A DNA stretch of 64,000 nucleotides from an uncultured Methylomirabilota bacterium (GTDB taxonomy: Bacteria; Methylomirabilota; Methylomirabilia; Methylomirabilales; 2-02-FULL-66-22): positions 1,472,001 to 1,536,000 of the forward strand of contig OY970067.1 of NCBI GenBank assembly GCA_963705305.1, written 5' to 3'. Positions 51,766 through 62,227 of this stretch are shown in pieces. A model generated the notes under the pieces. That model worked only from the letters and a program-made list of their open reading frames with translations, made no database searches and was not told the DNA's origin. Position 1 is the stretch's first letter. Every line of letters starts with the position of its first letter. The position numbers and the translations under genes were made by a program.

Positions 51766-52482
51766 ATGGCCGACGGATCGCCGCTGCATCGCTCGCCGCG
51801 GTTCCCGATCGTTCTGCCAGTTCTGTTCCGAACGGCGGATGCGGCCCCCCGGAGCGGCAAGGGCCGCTCGTGCAGCCTGAGCGACGGGGGGGCCTGCCTG
51901 GAGCTGGCCGAGAGCCTTGCGCCGGGCACACTCCTCGACGTGACCCTGCAGACCGACGAGGGGGGGCTGACCATGGAGGCCGAAGTGGTCTGGGTCGGGC
52001 GGCGGGGCTCGGCCGGCAGGGGCACGCTGCACGGCATCAGGTTCACCGGCCTCATCCCGGAACAGAAGCGGGCCGTGCGCAGGGTCATCCAGCGCCTCGG
52101 GAGGCTGCCGCAGGATGCCAGCCGCGTGCCGGTGCGGCTCCCGGCGCGGTGCCGTCCTGCCGCCGGTACGGGGGTGCCCGTCCAGGGCTGGACCGAGGAC
52201 ATCGGCCAGGAGGGCCTCTCCGTATCCCTGCCCCAGCGGTTCCCCGTGGGATCCGTGATCGAGATCGCACTGCCTACACCGCGAGGCGCCTACACGACCG
52301 AGGCCACGGTCGTCTGGGTCGATCCTGCCTCGACTGGGCCGCACACCCGTCACGGGGTTCAGTTCGGACCGCTGATCTGGGTCCGCGAGCTAATCCTGGC
52401 CCTCTCCTCAGGCGAGCTGCCGGTCGGTCGCCCGGCGGGACCCAGGCCGGGCGGCGAGCCGGACCAGCAAGAGGGCCCCTGA
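51766..52482 (+). CDS. Tandem PilZ-domain protein
   Basis: RSPRF...SLSDGG...AEVVWV...GIRF and a second unit SRVP...DIGQEG...ATVVWV...GVQF; GGAGG RBS. Confidence 0.75.
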   Translation: MADGSPLHRSPRFPIVLPVLFRTADAAPRSGKGRSCSLSDGGACLELAESLAPGTLLDVTLQTDEGGLTMEAEVVWVGRRGSAGRGTLHGIRFTGLIPEQKRAVRRVIQRLGRLPQDASRVPVRLPARCRPAAGTGVPVQGWTEDIGQEGLSVSLPQRFPVGSVIEIALPTPRGAYTTEATVVWVDPASTGPHTRHGVQFGPLIWVRELILALSSGELPVGRPAGPRPGGEPDQQEGP

Positions 52483-52519
52483 TGGCGGCGGCCCCACGGC
52501 GGGCTGGGGCGGGCTGCCG

Positions 52520-53677
52520 GTGAGGAGTTTCGTGGAGCGCCCGGGCACGAAGGCCGTCCTGATGCGCTGGCTCCTCCTGATCGCTGCCCTGGCGTCGGCC
52601 GGAGCGCCGCTCGGCTGCGCGACCTTCCAATCGGGGGCGGCCGTCACCCAGAAGAGGCTGATCGAGTTCGGCTGGGACGAGCCGGACACGGCCTTCATGC
52701 GCCGGCACATCGCCGAGATGGAGCGGAGCCCCTTCGACGGCTGCGTGTTTCACATCACCTACGTCAAGCCCGACGGAACGCCCGGTCAGTTCATGTGGGA
52801 GGCCTGGGGTCGGCGCGCCTTCACCCGGGCGGAGATTCAGCTGGCGCTGGCCGATCTCCAAGCCACGCGCTTCACCCGGTTCACCCGGAATTTCTTGCGC
52901 TTCAACACTGTCCCCGGCGATGTAGACTGGTTCGAGGACTTCTCGGCCATCCTCGCCAACGCCCGCCTGGCGGCGGAGGTCGCGCGCGCGGGGGGTACCA
53001 GGGGGGTCCTGTTCGATGTCGAGCAGTACAATGCGCCGCTGTTCGACTACCGCAAGCAGCGGGACGCCGGCGCGAAATCGTGGGAAGAATACGCCACCCA
53101 AGCCCGGCGGCGCGGCCGCGAAGTGATGGAGGCCTTCCAGCAGGGCTATCCGGGACTGACGGTCTTCCTCACCTTCGGCTACAGCCTATCCTGGCGGCAG
53201 ACGCAGGAGGGAAAGGCGCCGCTCGCCGACACCGAGTACGGGCTGCTGGTGCCGTTCCTGGACGGCATGGTGGAGGCGGCGCAAGGGCAGACGCGGCTGG
53301 TGGACGGGTACGAATTGGCCTATTTCCACGACAAGGACGTCGCCGCGTTCGCCGACGCCTCCCGGACGATCCGGCAGGGGCTGCTCCCCCTGGTGGCCGA
53401 CCCGCAGAAGTACCAGCGCCTGATCTCGGTGGGGTTCGGGCTCTGGATGGACTTTGACTCCACGGCCATCGGTTGGAACGGCGTGGACGGGAGCAGGAAC
53501 TTCTACACCCCCGAGGAGTTCGAGCGGAGCGTCCGGGCGGCCTTGGAGGCCGCAGACGAGTACGTCTGGATCTACACGCAGATCCCGCACTGGTGGTCGG
53601 CGGAGGGGAAGCCGGTCAACCTGCCCGAGGGATACGCCGACGCCTTGCGCCGCGCCCGCGCCGGCCTCGCCCCGTGA
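52520..53677 (+). CDS. Hypothetical exported (lipo)protein, possibly glycoside-hydrolase-like
   Basis: Signal peptide ending LGC; PFDG and GVLFDVEQY motifs; aromatic-rich. Confidence 0.65.
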   Translation: MRSFVERPGTKAVLMRWLLLIAALASAGAPLGCATFQSGAAVTQKRLIEFGWDEPDTAFMRRHIAEMERSPFDGCVFHITYVKPDGTPGQFMWEAWGRRAFTRAEIQLALADLQATRFTRFTRNFLRFNTVPGDVDWFEDFSAILANARLAAEVARAGGTRGVLFDVEQYNAPLFDYRKQRDAGAKSWEEYATQARRRGREVMEAFQQGYPGLTVFLTFGYSLSWRQTQEGKAPLADTEYGLLVPFLDGMVEAAQGQTRLVDGYELAYFHDKDVAAFADASRTIRQGLLPLVADPQKYQRLISVGFGLWMDFDSTAIGWNGVDGSRNFYTPEEFERSVRAALEAADEYVWIYTQIPHWWSAEGKPVNLPEGYADALRRARAGLAP

Positions 53678-53972
53678 GCGGATGCGCTGCACCCGATTCG
53701 ATGCCGCGGGCGGAGAGAGGGGCGTCTCCCGGGGATCGCCCGGAGGGGAGTCAAAATGCGGGGACGCGCCCCGCAATTGGGTGTATACTCGCCGCCACAA
53801 GATCTTCCTGTGGGCCCGTCAGCGGCCTTCCCCGTGGCCCTCGCGCTGAACATCGAGAAGTTCCTCGCCGTGGGGCTCTCGAGTCCACAGCCCTAACGCA
53901 AAGCCTTGCTGTGCAACCGGGACCGTGGCCGGCAGCTTGCCCGAACGACTTGGCCACAGAAAGGATCCGCCT

Positions 53973-55058
53973 ATGCCTTTCCGGAGGCCCCAATCACTTT
54001 CCATCGGGGATCTGACTGCGCCGCTGCCCATCGTCCAGGGCGGGATGGGGGTGGGGGTCTCGCTCTCCGGGCTGGCCGCCGCGGTGGCCAACGAGGGTGG
54101 GGTGGGGGTGATCGCCTGCGCCGGGATCGGGATGATCGAGACAAACCTGGCTCAGGACTTTGAGGCCGCCAATCTCCGGGCACTCCGCAAGGAGATCCGG
54201 CGCGCGCGAGAGCTCTCCAAAGGAATCGTCGGCGTCAACATCATGGTGGCCCTCTCGAATTTCGGGGAGTTGGTGAAGACGGCGCTCGACGAGGCCATCG
54301 ACATCATCTTCTCGGGGGCCGGCCTGCCTCTCGATCTTCCCCGGTACCGCCGGGGAGGAGATCGCACGAAGCTGGTGCCGATCGTCTCGTCCGGCCGGGC
54401 GGCCAAGATCATCGCCAGGCGGTGGATGGAGCGGTACGACTATCCGCCGGACGCGGTCGTCGTCGAGGGACCGCGGGCGGGCGGCCACCTGGGGTTCAAA
54501 CCGGAGCAGCTCGCCGACCCGGCCTACGCGCTGGAGCGGCTCCTCGCGGAGGTCCTCGCGGAGATCAGGCCCATCGAGGAGAAGGCGCGACGCCCCATCC
54601 CGGTCATCGCGGGCGGGGGGGTCTACTCCGGGGCCGACATGTATCGGTTCCTGCGGCTTGGCGCCGCTGGCGTCCAGATGGCGACGCGCTTCGTGACGAC
54701 CCACGAATGCGACGCCTCGGCGGCCTTCAAAGAGGCCTACATTCGGGCGACGCCGGAGGACCTGGTGATCATCAAGAGCCCGGTGGGGATGCCGGGTCGG
54801 GCGATCCGGAACCAATTCCTCGCGGACGTGAATGCCGGCAAGCGGATGCCGTTCTCCTGCCCGTACCACTGTATCGTGACCTGCGATTACGCCACCAGCC
54901 CCTACTGCATCGCCCTGGCCCTCATCAGCGCCCAGCGCGGCCGGATGGATCGGGGCTTTGCCTTCGCCGGCGAGAACGCCCATCGAGCGACGGAGATCGT
55001 GTCCGTCAAGGCGCTGATCGGAACACTGCTCGCCGAATACCGGGCGGCATCGGCCTGA
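53973..55058 (+). CDS. Nitronate monooxygenase / FabK-like flavoprotein
   Basis: PIVQGGMGVG, EGPRAGGHLG, PVIAGGG, GVQMATRF..T.ECDA, C-terminal Cys cluster. Confidence 0.9.
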   Translation: MPFRRPQSLSIGDLTAPLPIVQGGMGVGVSLSGLAAAVANEGGVGVIACAGIGMIETNLAQDFEAANLRALRKEIRRARELSKGIVGVNIMVALSNFGELVKTALDEAIDIIFSGAGLPLDLPRYRRGGDRTKLVPIVSSGRAAKIIARRWMERYDYPPDAVVVEGPRAGGHLGFKPEQLADPAYALERLLAEVLAEIRPIEEKARRPIPVIAGGGVYSGADMYRFLRLGAAGVQMATRFVTTHECDASAAFKEAYIRATPEDLVIIKSPVGMPGRAIRNQFLADVNAGKRMPFSCPYHCIVTCDYATSPYCIALALISAQRGRMDRGFAFAGENAHRATEIVSVKALIGTLLAEYRAASA

Positions 55059-55273
55059 CCGGCCGGCGGCGGGAGCGTCGGGAGGGGAGGCCGCCACGAA
55101 TGAGGGGGATGCCCTCGCCGCCTGTACCCTTGCCGTCCGGTGAGGATAAACGCGAGCCTGAACACCACGGCGAGGTTCGTATGGGGCGGTGCCGGGGGAG
55201 CGAACCAGATTGTGGCCGGCTGTCTTGCCGACCGAAACGGGCGGGCCCCCGGGGCCGGCGTGGCCGGAGAGGA

Positions 55274-56686
55274 CTAGGCCCTCTTTCGCCTCTTTCGCAT
55301 CCAGCGTCGGGCCGACCGATACCCGAGGAGCGGGAGACGCGGAAGCGCATCCGCCAGGTCGCGCCACCGGACGATCCCGAGGCGACCGGCTTTCCTGATG
55401 ATATGGGCGATCTGCGGGAGATCGTAGAACTCCGAGCGGATCCGGTCGCGGATCCGCCCGAGCTCCTTGAGCCCGTACCGGTCCGAGTACACCGGGCCGC
55501 CGACACGGTCATAGTGATAGCCCGGCGTCTGCTCAACCGCTTCCTTCAAGGGCGAGAACTTCTCGACGCGGAGTTTCTGGAACGAGATGGAGTCCAGCTT
55601 GATCTCCTTCGCAAACTTTGGGATGTAGAGCATCTCCTCTTCGGTCTCGCCGAGGTTGCCGTAGATGAAGTACCCGTGCAGATAGAAGTCGTACTGTGAC
55701 AGGACGGTAAAGGCGTCCCGCACCTGCTGTTGGGTGATGCCTTTCTGCAGCTGCTTCAAGATCCGGTCGTGCGGAGACTCGATGCCGATCAGAAGGATCT
55801 TGAAGCCCGCCTGCTGCGCCTTGTCCAGCAGCCTGGGGTGTTTCGCCACGTCGATCCGGGCCTGGACCACAAAAGACTTCCGGATCTTGTTCTCGATGAT
55901 CAGGTCGCACAGCCGTTCGGACCGCTGGGGATTGTTGAAGAAGTTGTCGTCGCTGAAGAGCACCGCGTCTGCGGCCACCGTCTTCAATTCCTCGACGACC
56001 GATTCAACCGGCCGCTCGGAATAGCCCCGCTTCTGCCCCAGCGGGTTCAGGCTGAACGTACAGAACTTGCACTTGAACGGGCACCCCCGCGTGGTCAGCA
56101 CCGTGTCGAAGGTATGCCTGCTGAGGCGGACGCCGTGCTGAGTGAAATAGTAGTCGTGGCGTCTCAGGGACCGGTCCGGAAACGGAAGGGTCGCAATGTC
56201 GGGGAGCGGATGGATCTCGTTGTGCAAAATCCCTCCGTTCTCCCGGTAGGAGAGCCCACGGATATCCGCCCGCGGCACCCCGGAAACGACCTGCCGAATG
56301 ACCCCCTCGCCCTCGCCGCGCACCACCATGTCGACATTGGGACACCGCCCGAAGAGGTCTTCGACTTCCACGGTCGCCTGGTAGCCCCCCACGACCGTGG
56401 TGATCTCCGGAGGGAGCCGTGCCACAAAGTCGCAGATCTCCCGGAACTGGGATTGCCAACGGATACTGACGCACAGGAGGTCGATCTCGTTCCTGATGAA
56501 CTCGCTCAGGACCGTGGGATCCTGGTACGCCGTCTCGTAGCGCAGATCGAGGAGGGTGACCTTGCCGACCAGCCCCTGCATGCTGGCCGCGATGTACTCC
56601 AGACCGGTCGGGGGAAAGGTCCCCATGATGGCGGTGGAATCCGCAAAATAGGGGTTCAGGGCGAGGACGTGCTTGTACTTGCTCAT
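55274..56686 (-). CDS. B12-binding-domain radical SAM protein
   Basis: PPTGLEYIA, VVRGEGE, TRGCPFKCKFC, FSDDNF, IGIES. Confidence 0.9.
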   Translation of the reverse strand: MSKYKHVLALNPYFADSTAIMGTFPPTGLEYIAASMQGLVGKVTLLDLRYETAYQDPTVLSEFIRNEIDLLCVSIRWQSQFREICDFVARLPPEITTVVGGYQATVEVEDLFGRCPNVDMVVRGEGEGVIRQVVSGVPRADIRGLSYRENGGILHNEIHPLPDIATLPFPDRSLRRHDYYFTQHGVRLSRHTFDTVLTTRGCPFKCKFCTFSLNPLGQKRGYSERPVESVVEELKTVAADAVLFSDDNFFNNPQRSERLCDLIIENKIRKSFVVQARIDVAKHPRLLDKAQQAGFKILLIGIESPHDRILKQLQKGITQQQVRDAFTVLSQYDFYLHGYFIYGNLGETEEEMLYIPKFAKEIKLDSISFQKLRVEKFSPLKEAVEQTPGYHYDRVGGPVYSDRYGLKELGRIRDRIRSEFYDLPQIAHIIRKAGRLGIVRWRDLADALPRLPLLGYRSARRWMRKRRKRA

Positions 56687-56953
56687 GGGCGCATTATACA
56701 GGAACGGCGCTCATCTGCATCCGAATACTGGGACAAGTCTGGATGATCGGTCAGGATCAGGCAGGCAGCCCAGAATGAGATGTGGCCGTGTTGTGGGGGA
56801 GCGTCACCAGGATTGTCCGCCATGGGGTGTTTTGCACAATTAGGGTGCCGGGGGCCCGGCCCCCTGCGGGAGCGATGGAGTCGATCACCGACCTGCTATT
56901 CCTTCGGGTGCGGCGGATTGCCTTCCGAGAGTCCAAGATCTGAGGCGTAAGCG

Positions 56954-57508
56954 TCACTCCGCATCCTGGGGATCCGGCGTCGCGCGCAGCCAGAAAAGGC
57001 TATCGTCCACTTCCTGATCGTCCAGGGAATCCTCTGCGCCTCCCGCGAAGAACTGGCCCCGGCTGCGCTCGCGGATGGGTCCCTTCGGCCCGCGCTCTTC
57101 CCTGGAGCTGCGCCCCTTGGATTTGCGTCTCCCGTGCGGCGGCGCGTCCGGGCCAAAGGTCTTCGTCGGCTGAGCCGGCCGCGGTGCGCGGTCCGGTGCA
57201 CCCGGCCCAGCTGCCCGCCCCCCCTGGGCGAAAGTGTTGGATCTGGACCCAGCCGCTTCTTCCCGGGGACGCGCCTCGTTGACGACGAGCGGCCTCCCCT
57301 TGAAGAGCTGCTGGTGAAAGCGGCGGACGGCCTCTTCGGCCTGCGCCGAGTCGCTCCACTCGACGAAGGCAAATCCCCTCGGCTTGCCGGTTTCCCGGTC
57401 TGTGGGCATCCGGATGGACAGCGGCGAACCGACAGCGGAGAACAGCTCCTGCAGCTCGGCCTCCGTCGCATCATAGGCCAGGTTCCCCACGAAAAGTCGC
57501 ACCGACAT
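56954..57508 (-). CDS. RRM RNA-binding protein with a long basic tail
   Basis: RNP2 LFVGNL, RNP1 RGFAFVEW, GRPLVVNEARPRE; GGAGG RBS. Confidence 0.92.
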   Translation of the reverse strand: MSVRLFVGNLAYDATEAELQELFSAVGSPLSIRMPTDRETGKPRGFAFVEWSDSAQAEEAVRRFHQQLFKGRPLVVNEARPREEAAGSRSNTFAQGGRAAGPGAPDRAPRPAQPTKTFGPDAPPHGRRKSKGRSSREERGPKGPIRERSRGQFFAGGAEDSLDDQEVDDSLFWLRATPDPQDAE

Positions 57509-57580
57509 CGATTCCTCCAGCGTTGGTTGTGCGCTCGCAGGGGCTCCGCCCCCTCCACGCGGTCGCCCTCTGCAGGAATC

Positions 57581-57609
57581 AAAAAGGACCCGTCTCGTGT
57601 CGGGTCCTT
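57581..57609 (-). terminator. Terminator-like hairpin in the 5' leader of the RRM gene
   Basis: Minus strand AAGGACCCG...CGGGTCCTTTTT. Confidence 0.55.
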
Positions 57610-57772
57610 CCTGGTGGCTGCCGCAACCATACACCGACATGGTCGATTCAGGGCATGAACTATCCCCGACCTCGCTGTTCCTGTCAATTGAATTCCCACA
57701 TCCGTCCGGCCCGCCGGGCGCCGACTGAAACCAATGGTAGGCTCCCCCGCCTTACCGTGCTACTCTGCTGGC

Positions 57773-58174
57773 ATGGTCAATGACGGATTCCCCGACGAGG
57801 CCGCGCCGGCGGGCCGGCGGCCTGCGCGGTCCCCCCGGTCCACCCCCGAACTCATTGCCGAGTTGCAGGCGAGGGCCGCAGGCCTCACCTTGGCCGCCAT
57901 CGCCGTGGTGAATAACGACGTCACCCAGTTCGTCTTTGCCGTCGATGACGATCCGCTGGGCGCGCTCAACAGCCTCATCGGCACCGGCGGCCATCCCATT
58001 GGCCTCGTGGGCGTCCGCATCGGTGGCGGCGCCATCGAGTACTATGCCCAGCCGTTTGTCGAATACCGGCACAACCCCCACGCGCTGGCTTACCTGCAGA
58101 GTCTCCGCCACCCATTTCTGGCCCTCATGCAGACGCATGTCGATCGCATTCCCGATGATCCTCGCCTGAACTGA
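57773..58174 (+). CDS. Hypothetical protein
   Basis: 133 aa of protein-like composition; TGc-TACTCT lies 6 nt before the ATG. Confidence 0.6.
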   Translation: MVNDGFPDEAAPAGRRPARSPRSTPELIAELQARAAGLTLAAIAVVNNDVTQFVFAVDDDPLGALNSLIGTGGHPIGLVGVRIGGGAIEYYAQPFVEYRHNPHALAYLQSLRHPFLALMQTHVDRIPDDPRLN

Positions 58175-58276
58175 CCCCGTCGGAAAGCTCTCACCGCCAA
58201 GGCGCCGGGAATTGCAGGGCGGGGCACCCGGAGGCCTGAGCCCCGGCGCCCTCTCAGCCCGCGCCCTTTCCTCCCT

Positions 58277-59412
58277 TCAATCGGAGCCGTACTTGGGCAG
58301 CGGCCGGGACTCCTCGATCGCGAACTTGAGCAGGGCGGCCGCACGGTAGACGGCGTGGGCGAACTTGCCGTACGGCATCGTGAGGAACAGCCCCAGGACC
58401 GCGCCCAGGTGGACCACGAGCAGCAGCCCCAAGCCCCAGGTCTCCCGCAGGGCCAGCAGCAGGAGTCCCGTGAGACTGGTCAGGAACAGCAGCGCCAGGA
58501 AGGCGATATCCATCCCCTGCTGATTCTCATCCGTCAAAACCGGATTGCGCTTGCCCTTCAGCCAGAGCAGCCCCGCCGGTCCGATCAAGAGCCCCAACCC
58601 GCCGGTGGTTCCGAGCACGACCGGGAGGCTCCAGAACGCATAGGGGGCCGGCCAATCCAGCACGTAGTCGTAGAAGGCGGCGACCGTGGTAGCGGCAAAG
58701 CAGAGCAGGAAGCCGTAGAACGTCACGTGGTGGAAGCGCCGCCGGACCAGGCTGGGCTCCTCCTCGGGAGCAAAGCAGCCCTCGCCGCCTCCGCCGAGGT
58801 TCGTGAGCCGCAGCATATCCAGCGCCGCCCGGCTCAGGGCGGGCGGATCCGCCAGGGCGCCGAACCGCTCGCCGGTGTCGCGCCAGAACCGCCCGCCTCC
58901 TACCCCGAACGCCACGAGGACGCCGAGGGATGCGGCGCCGAAGAGAGCCACCATGACATGGTGGGGGAGCACCGCATAGAAGGCCCCCTCGGCGAGCGGG
59001 TGGCGCGAGAGCAGGGCCGACGGACCCGCCAGGATGAGCGCCCCCAGCAGGAGGAGCGCCAGGCTTGCCCCTGTGATGAGGCCGACCGCCAAGGCGTTGC
59101 GCCGGAACAGTCCGGCCAGGGCATCGGGCCACGCGTACTTCCGGTAGGTCGCCCCCCGGATCTCGGCGAGGGCCCTCGGGAAGTTCAGTGCGAACTCGTG
59201 GGGCGGCGCGTACTGGCAGGCGTCATAGCACGATCCGCACTGGTGGCACAGGTTGGCCAGGTAGTTCAGATCGCCCTCGCCGAAGGTGAGTCGCCGCTCG
59301 AGGGCCGGGAACACCGCGCAGTACCCCTCGCAGTAGCGGCAGGCGTTGCAGATGCGCATGAACCACTCGCCCTGCTGGACGAGCGGGGGGGAATCGTCCT
59401 AGCCGATGGCAT
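58277..59412 (-). CDS. tcuB: Tricarballylate utilisation 4Fe-4S membrane protein TcuB (start ambiguous)
   Basis: ICNACRYCEGYCAVFPA, LANLCHQCGSCY..CQYAPPHEF, PYGKFAH. First in-frame ATG is 59359; the likely natural ATG at 59412 is one base out of frame. Confidence 0.88.
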
Positions 59413-60793
59413 GGCGCGCGGCCTCCTGGCCCGCGATTCGTCCGAAGATGGTGCCGATGGTCATCCCGATGCCGGCCAGGTACCCCTTTCCCAGGATGTT
59501 TCCCGCCATGATCTCCCCCGCCGCGAAGACGTTTTCCGCCGGCCGGCCGTCCTGCAGGATCACCCGGGCCCGGTCGTTTACCGTCACCGCGAGGTACGTG
59601 AAGGTGATGCCGGGGCGGAGCGGATACGCGAAGAAGGGGGGCGCATCCAGCGGCCGGGCCCAGTGGCTCTTGGGCGGGGTGAGCTCCCCCGTGGCGCAAT
59701 CGTCCAGGACGGTATGGTCGAAGCTGCCGGGCCGCACCGATCGGTTGAACCGGGCGACCGTTCCCTCGAGGGCGCCGGGATCGAGACCGAGCGCCTGCGC
59801 GAGATCCCGGATCGAGCCCGCCTGGATCGGCGGGTAGACGGGGGGGATGAAGCTCCCCATGGGCTTGGCGTCGATGATCGCGTACGCCAGCTGGTCCGGC
59901 TGCCCGGCGACGAGGCGACCCCAGATGGCATAGCGCTTGGGCCAGAAGTCCTCCCCCTCGTCGTAGAAGCGCTCGGCGTGCTTGTTGACCACGATCCCGA
60001 GGGAGATGGCGTCCACCCGCGTGATGATGCCCCCGTCGAACTTGGGGGCCCGGGCGTCGCAGGCCACGGCGTGGCACTGGGTTGGGTCGCCCACGGGTTT
60101 CGCGCCCCGGTCGATCAGCACCCGCAACACGCGGCCCAGATTGTAGGGGGTGCCGCGGATCAGGAAGTTATCGGCGACATCCCCCCAGGCGTCCTTCAGC
60201 CAGGCGGTGTTCGACTCGAACCCCCCGGCGGCCGCGACCACGGCCTTGGCCCGGACCTCGTGGGTGGCCCCGCGCTGCCGTACGAGCGCGGACGTGAATC
60301 GGCTGTCCCGGATGGCGAGGTCCTGGACCTCCGCCTCGTACGCGACCTCGATGCCGAGGGTGCCCGCCGTGCGGTAGTAGGCGTTCACGAGCGCCTTGCC
60401 GCCCCCCAGGAAGAAGGCGTTCGTCCGCGAGAGGTGGAGCGCACCGCGCAGGGAGGCCTGGAAGCGTGCTCCCTGCGCCCCCATCCACGTCCGGCAATCG
60501 GCCGACTGGCGGATGGTCAGCCGGGCCAGCGCCTCGTCCGTCTGCCCGCCCGTCACCCGGCGGAGGTCTTGCCAGTACTCCTCTTCCGGGTAGGCGTCCG
60601 TGAGCACGTCGACGGGGCGCGCGTGCATGCACCGCAGGTTGCGGGTGTGCCGGCTGTTCCCCCCGCGAAACTCCTTGGGGGCCCCCTCGAGCAGGAGCAC
60701 GCTGGCGCCGGCGCGGCGGGCCGTGATCGCGGCGGTCAGGGCCGCATTGCCGCCGCCCAGCACGAGCACATCATAGGGGTGCGACAGGTCCAT
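59399..60793 (-). CDS. tcuA: FAD-dependent tricarballylate dehydrogenase TcuA
   Basis: DVLVLGGGNAAL, RGGNSRHTRNLRCMH, LSRTNAFFLGGGKAL, DARAPKFDGGI, GYLAGIGMTIG. Confidence 0.93.
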   Translation of the reverse strand: MDLSHPYDVLVLGGGNAALTAAITARRAGASVLLLEGAPKEFRGGNSRHTRNLRCMHARPVDVLTDAYPEEEYWQDLRRVTGGQTDEALARLTIRQSADCRTWMGAQGARFQASLRGALHLSRTNAFFLGGGKALVNAYYRTAGTLGIEVAYEAEVQDLAIRDSRFTSALVRQRGATHEVRAKAVVAAAGGFESNTAWLKDAWGDVADNFLIRGTPYNLGRVLRVLIDRGAKPVGDPTQCHAVACDARAPKFDGGIITRVDAISLGIVVNKHAERFYDEGEDFWPKRYAIWGRLVAGQPDQLAYAIIDAKPMGSFIPPVYPPIQAGSIRDLAQALGLDPGALEGTVARFNRSVRPGSFDHTVLDDCATGELTPPKSHWARPLDAPPFFAYPLRPGITFTYLAVTVNDRARVILQDGRPAENVFAAGEIMAGNILGKGYLAGIGMTIGTIFGRIAGQEAARHAIG

Positions 60794-61109
60794 GGATCCA
60801 CCCCTTTCCCGACCCGGCCGCCTCCGCAGGAATACCGGCGCCCTGCCGGCCCTTCCACAATGGGCCGCGGGCCCGCCCGATCATATCACGCCGGGTGGCT
60901 TGAGGGTCCGAGAGTTCTTCGGCCTCCTGAGCGGCCCGCCCGGGGAGCCGCGAGGCCGCACGGCCCGGAAATGTCTCCCCGGGGGAATCCACGGGCGGGG
61001 GAGGGCGGCCGGAGTGCGTGCGGACCGCCGATGGGAGTGCCCGCCTCGACCGGTCCTGCCGCGGCCGCGTTTCCGCCACGGCGTGGCGCATCGCAAGAAC
61101 CGGACGGGT

Positions 61110-61270
61110 TTAGCCGCCATGTCCCGGCAGCAGCAGGGCGATCTGGGGGAACAGCAGGACGAGCGCGAGGCCGACCAGGGCCATCAAGGCATATGGGAGG
61201 GAGCCCATCGATGTGCAGTCCCCGCAATCCCGGCAAGAATATCGGAATCATGACCAGAGTGGCGCGCATC
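61110..61270 (-). pseudogene. Remnant resembling a TRAP large permease (DctM)
   Basis: Fragments LVMIPIFLP and PYALMALVGLALVLLFPQIALLLP in different frames. Confidence 0.4.
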
Positions 61271-61296
61271 AAGTGCATATCACTTCACTCCCGCGC

Positions 61297-62184
61297 TCAC
61301 GGGCACTCCCCCATGCCGGCCAGTAGGCGCTGCATCTGCTCCACCTCCGCCTCGCCCACCTGGGCGACCACGGGCGCGTCCGGGGGGCAGGCCGTGCTGC
61401 GGTCATGGACCGGGACCATCCGGATCTTCCCCGACTCATCCGCCCGGTAGGAAGGCTGGGAGGTCAGGTAGTTGTAGGGGAAGAAGGGGAATCGCGTCTT
61501 CGGCGGCATCAGCAGGGTGAATCGGCTGTCGTCCGGTGCGTACTCGATCCGCGCGCCATCCGGGAGCCTCACCGGGCACGCGCTCTGCAGCGGGCGGTTC
61601 GCTTCGATCCGGCGGAATCGCGCGCGACCCGCCCGCGTCTGCTCCACGCGAGCGAGGGCGAGCTGGTAGGCGACGAACTGCCGGAGGGCCCGCTGGCGGG
61701 ATGCGTCGCCGACGGGCCAATACCCCGCGAATGCCACCACCATCCCCAGCAGGGCCGTGGTCAGCACGAGCAGCGCGATCCCCGCGGGCAACAGCCGCCC
61801 CGGATCCGCCGACGCGAGGTGCGGGGCCCGGCCCCCGGCCGTGCGGGCCCCCAGCCCCCATCGCAGCATCTGCACGCCGCGCTGCAAGCCGAGGATCCCG
61901 AAGATCCACGCCACCAAAAAGCCGATCCCCCCGCTGGCCCCCGAGACCAGAATGGCCAGCACGGCCGACGCGCCGCGCAAGAGACGCCATCGCTTCGCGC
62001 GAGGCTGGAGCACCCGCAGAATGGCGTAGGCGCCGCCCGCCAGGGAGAGGAGGATCATCACAGGGAGGAGCCCCACCTCAGCCAGGAGCAGCTGCGGGCC
62101 GGGCGGCTGGTTCGCCTGGGCCACCCCTGCCGCTGCCATGAGCGCGATCGCCGTGCCGAGTCCCGTCGTAGTGGCGCGTGTCAT
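61297..62184 (-). CDS. Hypothetical membrane protein
   Basis: Signal peptide, several TM helices, C-terminal FPFFPYNYLTSQPSYRADESG domain. Confidence 0.65.
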   Translation of the reverse strand: MTRATTTGLGTAIALMAAAGVAQANQPPGPQLLLAEVGLLPVMILLSLAGGAYAILRVLQPRAKRWRLLRGASAVLAILVSGASGGIGFLVAWIFGILGLQRGVQMLRWGLGARTAGGRAPHLASADPGRLLPAGIALLVLTTALLGMVVAFAGYWPVGDASRQRALRQFVAYQLALARVEQTRAGRARFRRIEANRPLQSACPVRLPDGARIEYAPDDSRFTLLMPPKTRFPFFPYNYLTSQPSYRADESGKIRMVPVHDRSTACPPDAPVVAQVGEAEVEQMQRLLAGMGECP

Positions 62185-62227
62185 CTCCGGATTCCCTCCG
62201 GTCCGGGCCCCCGCAGCCGATTATGGC

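Noticed and set aside
53780..53972. c-di-GMP-I riboswitch upstream of the nitronate monooxygenase-like gene (CGCAAAGCC...GGCAGC)
   Set aside because: No GGCAAAC/GAAA-tetraloop P2 arm could be found by eye; an Rfam scan would be needed.
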